From Ascidiella aspersa (lineage: Eukaryota): a stretch of DNA of 64,000 nucleotides. Position numbers and translations under genes: made by a program. Under the pieces are notes generated by a model. The model saw only the letters and a list, made by a program, of their open reading frames with translations. It made no database searches and had not been told where the DNA came from. Shown here piece after piece: positions 12,801 through 24,800 of the stretch. Where the stretch lies: NCBI GenBank assembly GCA_963924565.1, contig OZ004608.1:9114001-9178000 (forward strand), in the 5' to 3' direction. The first letter of the stretch is position 1. Every line of letters starts with the position of its first letter.

Positions 12801-15800
12801 CACTGAATGGGGAAAATAGGCTAAAAAGTGTCTGTAACACAATAATAACAATGGCGCCGATAGTTTTCTTGAAGCAAACCGCGGTCTAACTTGTTTTTTT
12901 GCTTTTCTACGCATTCTTTTGCGAGATACTTGTAGATTTGACTCAGCGATAAGTCGTCTATCCCACAAGCACAGCCGTGTGTTGACCACATTAACTTGAT
13001 CCCCAAAGAAATAAGCTCAGAAAACGAGCCTTTTGTGACTGTTTTTGGTGTCTATATTCCACCCATCTTAACCGCTTCAGGCCAGAGTTCGCCAAGGGTT
13101 TTTACCAATCCGCGTTAAATCGTCTACCTTACAAGCACAGCCGTGTGACCACCACATTACATTGTCTCAACATCGTCGAGGTAAAATGCTAACTAAAAAC
13201 AAACCTTCTGTGACTGTTTTTGGTATATATAATATATTCCGTCGATCGTAAGCCAGAGTTCGCTAAGGGTTGTTACCAAACCCGTTTGGTCGTCAATTCC
13301 ACAAGCTAAGCCGTCACCCATTGTATCGATGTCGTCGAGGTAAAAAGGCTTAGAAAAACGACCCTTTCGTGAATGCTTTTGCATCTATATTCCGCCGATG
13401 ATAACCGCTTCAGGCCAGAGTTCGCCAAGGGATATTACCAACCAACAGCAGTCGCCAGAAGAGCGCGTTCTTGACTTTCAAGCCGCTCGTGCCGCAAACG
13501 ATCCACTGCGGAAGTCGATAATGTAATTGGAACTGCCAGGTTGCGGTTGTCCGTACACGTACATTGCTACAAGCGCAAGCTCGCTTCGTCCACCTCGGCC
13601 TAAAAGCTATGCACTGCACGAACCGCACGAACACGACCTTTTTGGTAAGCAGGACGACTACAAATGCAAGCGGTTACCTTTGACCCTGATTTCGTGCCGT
13701 TTTCCTTTTTGCATGGCAACTATAACATCAAACACTTTCTCGTATTACCAACGGGTTTTGCCATATTTTCTTGAATTTTTGCCTAGTTTTTATATGTATA
13801 TACTTAAAATTAGCCTGCCGCTTTTCTGTATTTTGTCAAGTTTTTCATTGACACAATAAAATCCAGGCTTGGTTTATATCCTAGCTGTACTTTGGGAGTT
13901 ATCGTGCTATTTCCGCCCAATCTAAGCTGTTTTAAAGCCCAGTTGCTCACATGACCACTTCCAAATCAACCAGCTCACTTTTCCGAGACCGGTATCCATG
14001 GCTTTTGACAAAATGTAGCATTTGAAACGGCCCGGCAAACTGCCTAAGCACCGCATAAGCAAGGTGTTTGCGCTTTAGGCTCTAATTGCCAAAGCGGTCG
14101 CGTAAAGCGGGCATTTATTGCCTCCTAATGACCGCTTTGCCGAGCGTCGAGTCGCCGTTTCCGCGTCAATAAACCTGCCATAAACCAATCGTAATGCCAA
14201 CCACGGAGCCGTCAAGCATCTTTCCCGGCCTGAGACATCAACGGCGCGCACGCGTGTGTGCACAGATGTCAGGTCGGACGGCGCATCACACACACACTTC
14301 CCAGCCTGGACACTTAGCAGTAGGCCTGGGCCCCTTTCGTGTACCGTCGATTTAATTAAATGGGCGTTCCGCGCAAAATGCCCAGCAAACACAAGCGCTA
14401 CTGAGTGTCAGTTTAAGCCGCCCAAGCAAGCCAGCAGGCTGCGATCAATAGCCACCGTCAGGCAACTCAATAAACGCTTTCTGGCATCCATGGTGCAGCC
14501 TGTAGCCCCGCAATCGCGCCCTGCCATCTACGGGCGGCGGCTTAGCCTCGACGTTACGGTGTTACGCCACCGCTACTCCGCTTACAAAACAAACAAATTG
14601 CCAAGCGAGATAATTGGTAGCAGCAAGGCCCCGCCGCACGCATTAGCCCGAACGAACGACTTTCGAATCGCCACTTTTCCTTGAAATTGCATTCTAGCCC
14701 TTAAATGTATAGCTTCCTGCGATACCGCAAATGACCACTTTTAGCCCGGACTTGGGATGTTAAGTACCTTTTCTGGTCCTAAATAAAGGGACTTTGCCCG
14801 AAAGGACCGTGTAGCTTGTAATCAAGCTGACCTTTCTACTTTTGGTCCCACCCGCAACGCGTTAAACGCAGACGAAACAGTTGTAATTCGCGTTACTTAC
14901 ATTCACAAGTGTGTACATGTATTTCGGCCAACCCAGCACTGATAGCACTGCATCACAACAAACTAACACCGCTTATTCGCTAAGTTCGACACACAGCGCT
15001 CAGCCTGCTTGATTTCCAGGTTCTTAAACTTGTAAAACTCCCTCGATAAATCGGACTGAGACAGAATCGCCTGGTGCTTAGCGCAGATTTAACTTGGGCT
15101 GAAATTAGATCCGAATGACGCATGGCAAAGGTACACCGCGCCAGCCTTGCCCATAACACCAGTTGTACAGGCTGTAATCTAAGATCAGCACAGCCGCCGC
15201 ATGTACTACCTACTCGTGTATCGACGTGTAGGCTTGCCTAACCCTAGCCTTATGGGCAAAACAAAGTTTACTGGCAACGAAACCAGTGTAAGTATTATGG
15301 CTTAAAGTGATACAATAACATAACCTGATCAATCACCTCTTTGACAAACTACGTACAACTTAACCTGTTTTCTTACTTAAACAGTGATAAATTGCTCGTA
15401 TATCTAAGCGTAGGGCTGAGAAAAATATCATGAACCATTCTGCTCTGAACACAATCCACTTGTTCTCAATTACTTACCGCGTTAAAATTCCGCTTTACAT
15501 CCCTTATTCCTTTTATTCACTGTTTCAAAACCGACTCATGTTATTCCATTTTTAGCGGCACTTGCGAAGCCGAAATCCCGCAGAAATAAACTAAACTTTG
15601 TCCAACCCACTACGCCGGCGCATCGCCTGAACGCCGTCCAGCCAATGCCTGTTGACGGCCGCGCAATTTGCTCAGTTGCCGTTCGCCCCGCTTTAGCCTT
15701 TCTTTCCTCGGCCGTACACAGACGAACGGCAGGCCGTGGTCGTGTCATGGCTTGCGGCCGCCTGAGCTCTGTCTGACCGATTTTAACTGTGATTGGACAC

Positions 15801-18800
15801 AAAACTAGATGATGGGTTTATTATTTTGACCGTTTTTATTAAAACGATTCGGGATTTATCAATGTGGAAACAAATTAATATAACACTGGGTCTTTGCTGT
15901 TCTACAATACATTACAACGCGTTTCGCGTTTAGTTTTATTATGGATTTGTTCCTCTTTCTGGCTTTCATCAGTAACACGAAAGATTTCTTTGAATGAAAA
16001 CTGTCGTTTGTTGTCCCCGGGGTTTTATGCGATAAAAACGAAGATTGTTGATAGATGTAGTCGGTTAGTGTGGTCAAATGCTCCAGCTCGTCTTTTGCCC
16101 GCAATTTTGTGCCTATTTTACACCACTTAATTTGTTTTCATGCTCAGGGCAATCTGTAGTACTTCCCACAAACCAAGGCTTAAAATTATCTTTGAAGTGA
16201 ACACAAACTTATCATGCGGCGGCCAATGGAAAGGATGCAATAGTACGCGACCCCAACCAAGCAACTATCAAAATGAGATGGCAGTGTTGCGCGTGATATA
16301 CAGTTCTGTCAGCCTATAGGGTGGGGTTGGTATAGGTGCAGAATCTTCGGTTTCGCCCTTGGTCTCGTACTATACATCGTCTTCATTAATATTTCACCCC
16401 GTTTGCGCGCTCGCAAAGAAGGGCATTGGCGCATTCAAAGTGTGGCACTGTTATCAAGCCATCTCGCGGGCTTATTAATCCACGCCACCCGTCTTAAACG
16501 CAATAACACCTCGGCGAAGGAGAAACTGCACGTTTGTACTTTTCTCTTTTTAGACAGGCAACTTTTTATTTCATTCATTGTTTCTATTCGGCATGCCAGG
16601 CAGAGTATTTTAGCACATAATCGCCTAAAATATTGACTGATTTCAGTTGTGGAATTTAGCAAGCGGGATCTTTTCAGATCTAAGTAAAACCATAAACTTT
16701 GCTATGTTGTAAGACACATAACCATGTATTCTGTTTGGCAGCGACTAATTCTAACAGGAAATACTCTATAACCATGTAAAACGTATTGCTGGGTGGCTGT
16801 GGTCTTCATTTTCTTATCCGCCCCTACTGTGTTTACACTGTTCTTGAAATACACTTCCATCTTTCTCATCCTCGGGCTACATTCATTGCCATCAGCCCTT
16901 GAATCGCCCATTGTCGCGTCACCGTTGCCCCTGTGACGCGACAATTGAAGGTGTTCTCTGGAACGAGCCCTTTGTGTTACAGATCACTTTAACAGACCGC
17001 TCTTTTGCACAGGGCTGTTATTTTAGCACCTCTATCGCAAGATATTGGGCCGCAGATTGGCGGTTTTGTCGTTTTTATTGTGGTCGTCGACATGTTTTCC
17101 CGGTGTAGAATAATTTGCTCTATATATTGCTTTGTAAATCTGTCATTCGGATGTTTAAATAAACAGGCCCCGGAAAGTTTTTTCTGGTCGCAACAAGTGT
17201 GCTGGAAATTGCAACACTGCTTTACTCGACATGATCTTTATCCTTTTTGTCCAAAAATATTTTTTGTCTTTTATTTTAAATAATATTTTCCTGGTTATCC
17301 AATTGATTGTTTTGTTTTTTGTCTCTCCTGTTCACTTGTCAAGATTTACCTTTAAGGGGGACAGTCTTTCCCTAATAATTGAAAAGTTTCTAATACTAAG
17401 CGGATCATATAATAAAACAAACAGACAGACTTGATCAAAGTATATCGTTGCTTAAAGGTTCAGAAAATAATAACTGCTACAGCGACTGATTACAAGTACC
17501 CAGAGTCTGTAAAAAATAGTTTTAATCTCGGATTGAAAGGTACTCGCACCACACAAAACTAATGAAAAACTAATGACCCTTTTAAACGGCCGTCGTTACT
17601 CCTAATCCCTTTTCCAACCCGGAACAGACCGTTCGCCGTTGCTAGTCACGTAAAGCCAACATGGCAAGTGTTATCGTCAGCGCACGGTTCGGCGGCACGG
17701 GCATCGCAAATAGGCTTTGCGCAGCCCAAAAAACAAAGCTCAGCCCGGCGCCGAGAGCGCTTATTGCCGCCAGCTTAGGCGCCCGCCGCGTTTATCGCTA
17801 CTTCGCTTCTATTTCTCGAGGGAAATATCCCAGAACTTGGGGATCAACGACGCAAGACGCCTCGTTTAGTCGACTGACGATTATTACGGGCAGAAGTGGC
17901 TTTGGAGTTGGACCCGTATCGCGCCGGATCCGGGCTTTTTAACTGGCACTTGAATGCGGGTTGTTTTTAGAGCGCTAAATGCTTTCAGAGCGGAAGTAAA
18001 TAAATATTGTCGAGTGTCGCTTTCTACGCGTAATACTTTTCTGGTTAAATATTCTTGTTTAAATGCCCTTCTTTATATTATTATGGATTGCTTGAAACCA
18101 TATTGTTCACAAAGCAATGCCAACTAAACTGACATGCTTGTTGTCGACTATGTACATAGCCATTAATCGAACCCGATGCAATCTTCTTAAGGCAGTACTG
18201 CTGTTCAAAATGGTTCAGCTAAAATAAAGATCTGCGAAATTAAAATAAAATCAAAAATTTACCTTACTAAAAAGATTCCACAGAGTTACAGAAGACCCCG
18301 TGCACTTTACACAGCAGCCTGGCTTCTATTACCAGATGTCGCCCTTCCGAAATGTCTGTGTTGCCATTACGCATCCCAAACCTTTCATGTGGAAACACTG
18401 CCACCAGCCCACCCCCCTGTTCGTAGTCCCACGCCAATACCAGGGCGAAATTAAATTATTCCGTCATTACGTCCTACTTTAAAGTTTTGGTCATTACGTC
18501 TTACTTTAAAGCCTTTTACACAGAGGATCCATTAACGCTCCTGTATCAATTCATATAAACCTCAATTTAGTGTCGACTGTTATTTTCTTGTCTGCGTTGA
18601 GAAACGCCTTAAACTAGCCAATTAGGAAAGCCACATAATATGGCCAAATGTTATCCGTTGACTCCCACAACAGAAACGTTGTAGAGCCATTAGATAACTA
18701 AATCCACTTGTGTGGCCTTAGGCACAGCACGCAGTGCGTGAAGTGATACGCCCAATTGCAAATATCCGTTCTAAAGGTTTTCCAGTTGCGTTCGCCTTAG

Positions 18801-21800
18801 ATCCTAAACTGCTATGTCCTTGTTTTACACTATCAAGGTAACTAATCCTCATTCTTTCGTTGTTGTTGTTTTTTATTATTGGTGCTTTAACACCTAAATC
18901 ATGTACCTCCGATGTCGTTTCTCAGTATCGCGTATTTAGCTTCGGGTTTTGCTAAAGTTACCGTACTTACCCGTAAACTGTTTTGTTGCAGGACCCCAGA
19001 TGGTGCCGATGACCCGGATGGTTCACCCCAGGGGAATGCCCGGCGGACCCATGGGGCCAGGGTGGGGCGGATCGGACCAGTTTCCCCAGGTGAGTGTTTT
19101 TTTTTTTTTTTTTTTTTTTTTTAGTGATATCACGCATTCTAAATGTATGTAATTTAAAAAAAAATTCAAACATCTAAATTTAAGCAGCCCGACGGCAAGC
19201 TAAATGATTTATATTTGTAAAACTTGACAACTGTAAATTATACTTGGACAATTGCGTCTCAGCCGCAACAAAGTTTCTATAAATGTCACCTGGTGCGTTT
19301 TGTGTGATCTTTACATGTGTTTTGTTGCAGCATTTCCGAGGCATGCCAGCCAGCACAATACCTGGTCACAGCGGGATGCCGATGCCGATGTAAGTTCGCA
19401 TTGTTTAACGTGATCCATGTCATTATTTTCATAGAATATGGCATGTTACTTTGAATCGTCGTATAGCTCTACCGTCGTACTCGTTTCAGAGTTTATAATG
19501 TGTTAAAAAAAACAATTACAAAAAAGTTATCAAACCTAGCCACGCCCGACCCTTCCATGTGTTTATCATCATGCTTTGAGCCTTTTTTTTCACCTTATGT
19601 TTAATTTACAATCTTAAGAACAGATCGCCTTAAAAATGGCATAAAAAATGGTAAAAAAGGATCTTCATAGCTATTAAAGCATAACTATTAAAATTCCTAC
19701 TTTTGACTTAAATTTTATGTTTCATCTATTGTTATGACGATTTTTTTTTGCATGGCCAGTGGCCACACAAGCTAAGTCAACCAAAAGTTGAAACCAGGAC
19801 CGCATTTATTTTTCATGTTGTTTGTGCCAATAAAGCATCGCTTGTACCTAACGCGAAACCATATGCAGTATCATTCCTTTTGTTTTGGCGTGCATTGATG
19901 GAGCTCAGCGCGCTAATTGTTGTGCGTTGTTTTGCAGGCACGCGCGCCCAGGGTGGCCCAACCCGTCCGGACCTGTCGTAAGTGAACTACTGTTGCTGTA
20001 AATACGATTAAAACGAAGTTGGCGGTAACCTTGCAGCTATATTGGGAAGCAATCGTGCAGCAAACTCGCCGTCTAACTCTAATCCTCAGATGATGTTGTA
20101 TACGTTTACCTGTGCCTATTTCGCTATAAACAAGCATAAAATGTTAACGTTCGAGTTGTTTTTAAACGCATCTTACATTTTGTTTTGCATTTAGGGTCCA
20201 CCCACAGGCGGCCCCCCAGGAAACCCGATTATGCGAAGCCCCCAAGGTAAAACCCACGTTTTCTGACTTTTAATTGTTTTATTACGCCATATTGTTTTCT
20301 AGTTCATTCATTGTCACATGGATGTTCTCACCTCACCGACATGCCTATGCTGGAATCACGATTTTGTCACTTTATTGCCTTAATATAATATATAAAAACG
20401 TTGGTTACGCTCTTTAAAGATTTTGTTTATCAGTCTATTTTCTAGATTGCGTTGATATCGTGTCAATCTGCTGAGATAAATTTTCTCAAAACAGTTTACT
20501 ATCCCTAAGTTTTGCCTAAATGCTATCTATGCCAATTTTAGTCAAATTGGCGCTTGCTCTCTCGCTAAACTCTATTTTGTTTTTGGCACATTGGAGCATA
20601 GTGGTTGGAGGTTGTAGTAGGACGTAGTAAGAACGTCAAAGCCCATACAGAAATACATCTTACAAATGTTAAAAATAAATGTAAAGATATTCAAAACGTT
20701 CAAAATGCTATATTGTTTATATGGTGCTTGATATGCTTAATACGTTTTCTTTATATTGATTATCGCCGAGTATTATAGTTGCCAACCCTTAAAACCTATA
20801 TTACAAATACCAACCCTTACAACCTATGCTGCAATATAGGCCCCAGGCCCCATATGCACCCCGGGCCCCATCCGAGCCGTTTCCCCCCACTGCCCCACGA
20901 CCCAAAGAATCCAGGTGACCGAGCGATGTGAGCTGTGGGGATTTCTAACCCCTAATCCGTTGAGTAGCAGTCGAATCGAAGCATAGGGGGTTCTTAACCT
21001 GACACACAGTAATAATGCTTATATGCACTGCATTGCCAGTAAAATATCGTTAAATTGTCCTGTTTGAAGTAAGAAGACAAAAAAATATTTCCAAAACGCT
21101 TGATAGATCAAGAAACAAGAACATTTCATGTTTAGCGCCAGTACAAAATATTGTTGTATTCTTACAAAGACACAAAAAAATATCTACTCAAGGCATAATC
21201 GGATTTAACAAAAGATACAATTGTAACCTTTTTGGATGGCCGGTTGAGTGTTGTATTTCTGGAATCACAAAGATACTGTAATACCTCCCAAAACCATTCT
21301 TTGGTTAAAAAACGAAATATCGCCCAATTTTACAGTCACGAAATTTAGCATTGTGCTTCCTGCTGAGACATGAAAAAATACCCAATACATTAAAAATTAA
21401 AAATAACCCTTTGGCGCCAAACCTGTCAAAAATATCTACCCAGTGCATTTTCGGGTCAAAACGGTATTGTTGTTGTTCTTCACGGAGACACAAAAGCATC
21501 CAACATATGCATTCAAAATAAAAAAAGCATAACACTACGTCACTACAATTTAAATAAATTGCTTTCTTTTTACCAATTTCAATGCCAAGTGTGAAAAGGT
21601 TAAGAACCCCCGTCAGCAGAGCACCTCGTATAACACGCAACCGGCGTAAACGGGCTATGTGCTGTGTGGCATGCCAATCCTGCACGTATACTGGTTCTAA
21701 CCCGGGGCCGAATCGACCAATCCATCGCTTGCTACATATTAATGCAGTGTTTCTCAACCCATGAGTCGCGATTCGAAATTTAGTCGCCGGCTACAAAATT

Positions 21801-24800
21801 TTTATATGGTTAGATTTGTTGTAATTGGTTCTGATAAAACGTTCGCCAATACTTCAAAAAAAATTGTGGATGTAATACGTAGACATTGCTCATAATGATT
21901 TGATTTGAATCATTTACGCCAATGTCCTATGTATTGTTCTCTTGCAAAAGTTTCAGTGAAAATAATTGGCTCAAAAAATAAGAAGGCATTTGTTGTTATA
22001 ACTGCTCTTTGTACTTGGGTCGTTACAAAAAAAGGTTGAGAAACAGTGTATTAATGCAACGCGTGCAAGGTTTAACACGTGCGAAATGCTAAGGGGCATG
22101 CCGTGGCCCGCGAAACACTAATCGCAACCCTTTTTGTCGTAATTCTGCCCTAACCGGCTGCTGAAATGCATGAAGTAATATTAATAATATATTGTTAATT
22201 CCTGTGTTGTTATTTTCGATCGTGCATTTTCGTGTGTTTTACGGTTCAACTGCGGGCTAGTAATTTGCTGTAGTGATCATCGGTATAGTTAAAAAAAGTA
22301 ATTTCTGTGCGTAATTTCAGCTTTTGCCTATAATTTATTTGTAATTTTTTAACCTTCAGCGTCACATTCTGTTAGGCCTCTCACCTTTAGCGAGTCAGTT
22401 GTCGTGATTTTTTTAAAGAAACGAAACTGGCATGGGTGTTTTTTTAAGTACTGTTCGTTTTGTCTCGTGCAGATCCGATGAATTCTGATTACATGGGAAA
22501 ACCCCTTCCTCACCCGCAAATGTCACAATCGGTAAGCCCCGATCGTAATGTCAAGTTTGTTGAGTTTCAAGAAAAAGAAGCATTTATCACATTTTTATAA
22601 TCGCGGCAATGATCAAACCGCTCACCAACTTAAAAAATACTAATTGTTTATTCTGGTATAATCTTTAACATTGTACGCTGTGCACACCTATGTTTTTTAT
22701 CACAAAGTAGCTGACATTTAATGAGTGTTCAACTTTAATTGTTCATGTCATCGCCGCGTTTGTATTTAATTAAATGGCAATCGAATTTTCGAATTACGCC
22801 GCCTAAGAGCAATAATGTTGCTACCTGCCTCTGGAACATTTGTAATGCATCTCTCTTTGAATAAATCGCTCTTGGGGGCTACCCTGAAAGTTAGCATCTA
22901 ATATTTTAAATTTTGGTTTAATCATTAGGAGCTTTGATTAGATTCGAATTTCCATCCGGAGAATCTACTAGCGCTTGTAACCAATGGGAGAAAGTTTGAA
23001 TCTCGTTTGATTTTTGTGTTCAAGTAATTTTTATCAAAAAGTAAACTCCTCATTCGCAAATTGTATGATTTTTTGTGAGCGCTGTTCATATGATTAAAAT
23101 TATGCTTTTTCAAACATGAATTTAAAATATCTTTAAACTTTTATACGATTTATCTGTCCCTTTCTTACTTGTTTTGTGTTTTTTTTGTGTTTTTTTACTA
23201 TTAAGTAACTGAACAGAGGATACTTAAAGCTTTACCTTACTTTAAAAACATGTTTTGCGATATGCAGCAACCATAATGACGTAATTGTGTTTGTAGTACC
23301 CGGGGGGTCAAGATGGCCCCATCCCCCCGACCTCGATGCCGATTTCCGGGGGAGCCCCGATGTCGGTGTCGACCCCGAATATGGTGCAGCCCCTGAACGG
23401 AATGAACGGAACCGGCCCCGATACTTCCATGATGGACGGGATGCCCAAGGTTAGTTTGTTATTCTCTTTTGTAATCTGAAATAAATAGATCCAAAAGAGC
23501 CACAACGGTTAAAAATATCTACAACAACCTTATTGAAATGCAGGATACTGCGGCTACGCCAAAAACAGCATCATTATTTCTGCTAAAAAAACTAATTCGA
23601 AAGTATATGCTGTTTTTCCGAATATAAACAATAAAAATGATAGTTATAAGTAAAAAAAAATCGCGTTATTTTAAAATCGCCCTGAATTTTAGTTACATTT
23701 TTTAGTAAACCAGTGATTCCCAACCGGAGTTGGGAAATTCCGCGGCACCCTTTTGTATTGTTTATAAAACTCCAAGAGTGTCGCGTATATTTTAAATTGT
23801 TTTGTATTTAACTTTTGGCTTACTTCTTGTTTAAATTTTCTACACTTTCACAGTGCACCAAATCGGAAAGTTTTCCTGCATTGTGGGCATTTATGTGCTT
23901 TTCGATTTTTTTCAGTTTCGTTTGTTGTGAAATTGCATTAAACCACTTATCGAACGTGGTGATGCGCACCGTTTATACCAGGGGTTCTTAACCTTTTTTG
24001 TATGTTTTATAGGGTTGTAAAGGGGTGGAAAGTTTCCGGGAATTTGGGAAACTTTCCTGGAATTTTGAAGGACCCGGGAATAATGGGAATATTGGGAATT
24101 TTCAAATTTGGCATTTATGATGTTTAAAACATTTGTTAAATATTTTATCAACCAGAAAAAAATATTGAAAACCGATCTTAAGCATTTCTAGTTGAGTAGG
24201 AGGAGATGACAATGAAGTTACTAAGAGATAAGGATTTTGCCAATTAACTAAAATAGCTATCATCGCGAAAAATAATGTTATCGACACTAGATTATAAAGA
24301 ATTAATAGGCTACTATAGGCTAACTTAGCAGTTAATCTGAACTAGGAAGGTAGGCCACCAATACCTACGGCTTGCACACTTTTTGTCCTGTCAGCTGATG
24401 TGAGGCTTTTGATTGATAGCTTATTTACCCCCTAAAACGAAAAAATTTACCCCAGGTTAAGAAAGGCTGGTTTATACTCTATTTATGGTGCCCTAAGGTT
24501 GAAAAGCTAAGACCTAAATTACCACGCGAGAACACTTAAACAGGTCAACATCACCATTTCTCCTACATTTCCAGAGTTCGCCCAGCAGCATGTCGATGAA
24601 CAACATGGCGGGTCCCGCTCCGCCGCAGATGGGTCCACCTAGCGGACCGGGCGGCGCGCCTCACACGCCGCAAGAGGGCGACGACGGGGCGTTCGGCATG
24701 GTGCCCGGCTTCAGCGAGAACGTGAGTAGCAACCCGCAGATGGGATCGTACTGACGACGGCCGGACGCCGCGCGCCACACTCTGACGCGCTTCCTGCGCT

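Noticed and set aside
5394-17942. Many 60-150 aa ORFs in the large SSBP intron (e.g. 6136-6585, 7394-7855, 14256-14684, 9646-9894, 16702-16944)
   Set aside because: No recognisable domains and no phase-consistent exon chain. Such ORFs are expected by chance in GC-rich patches.
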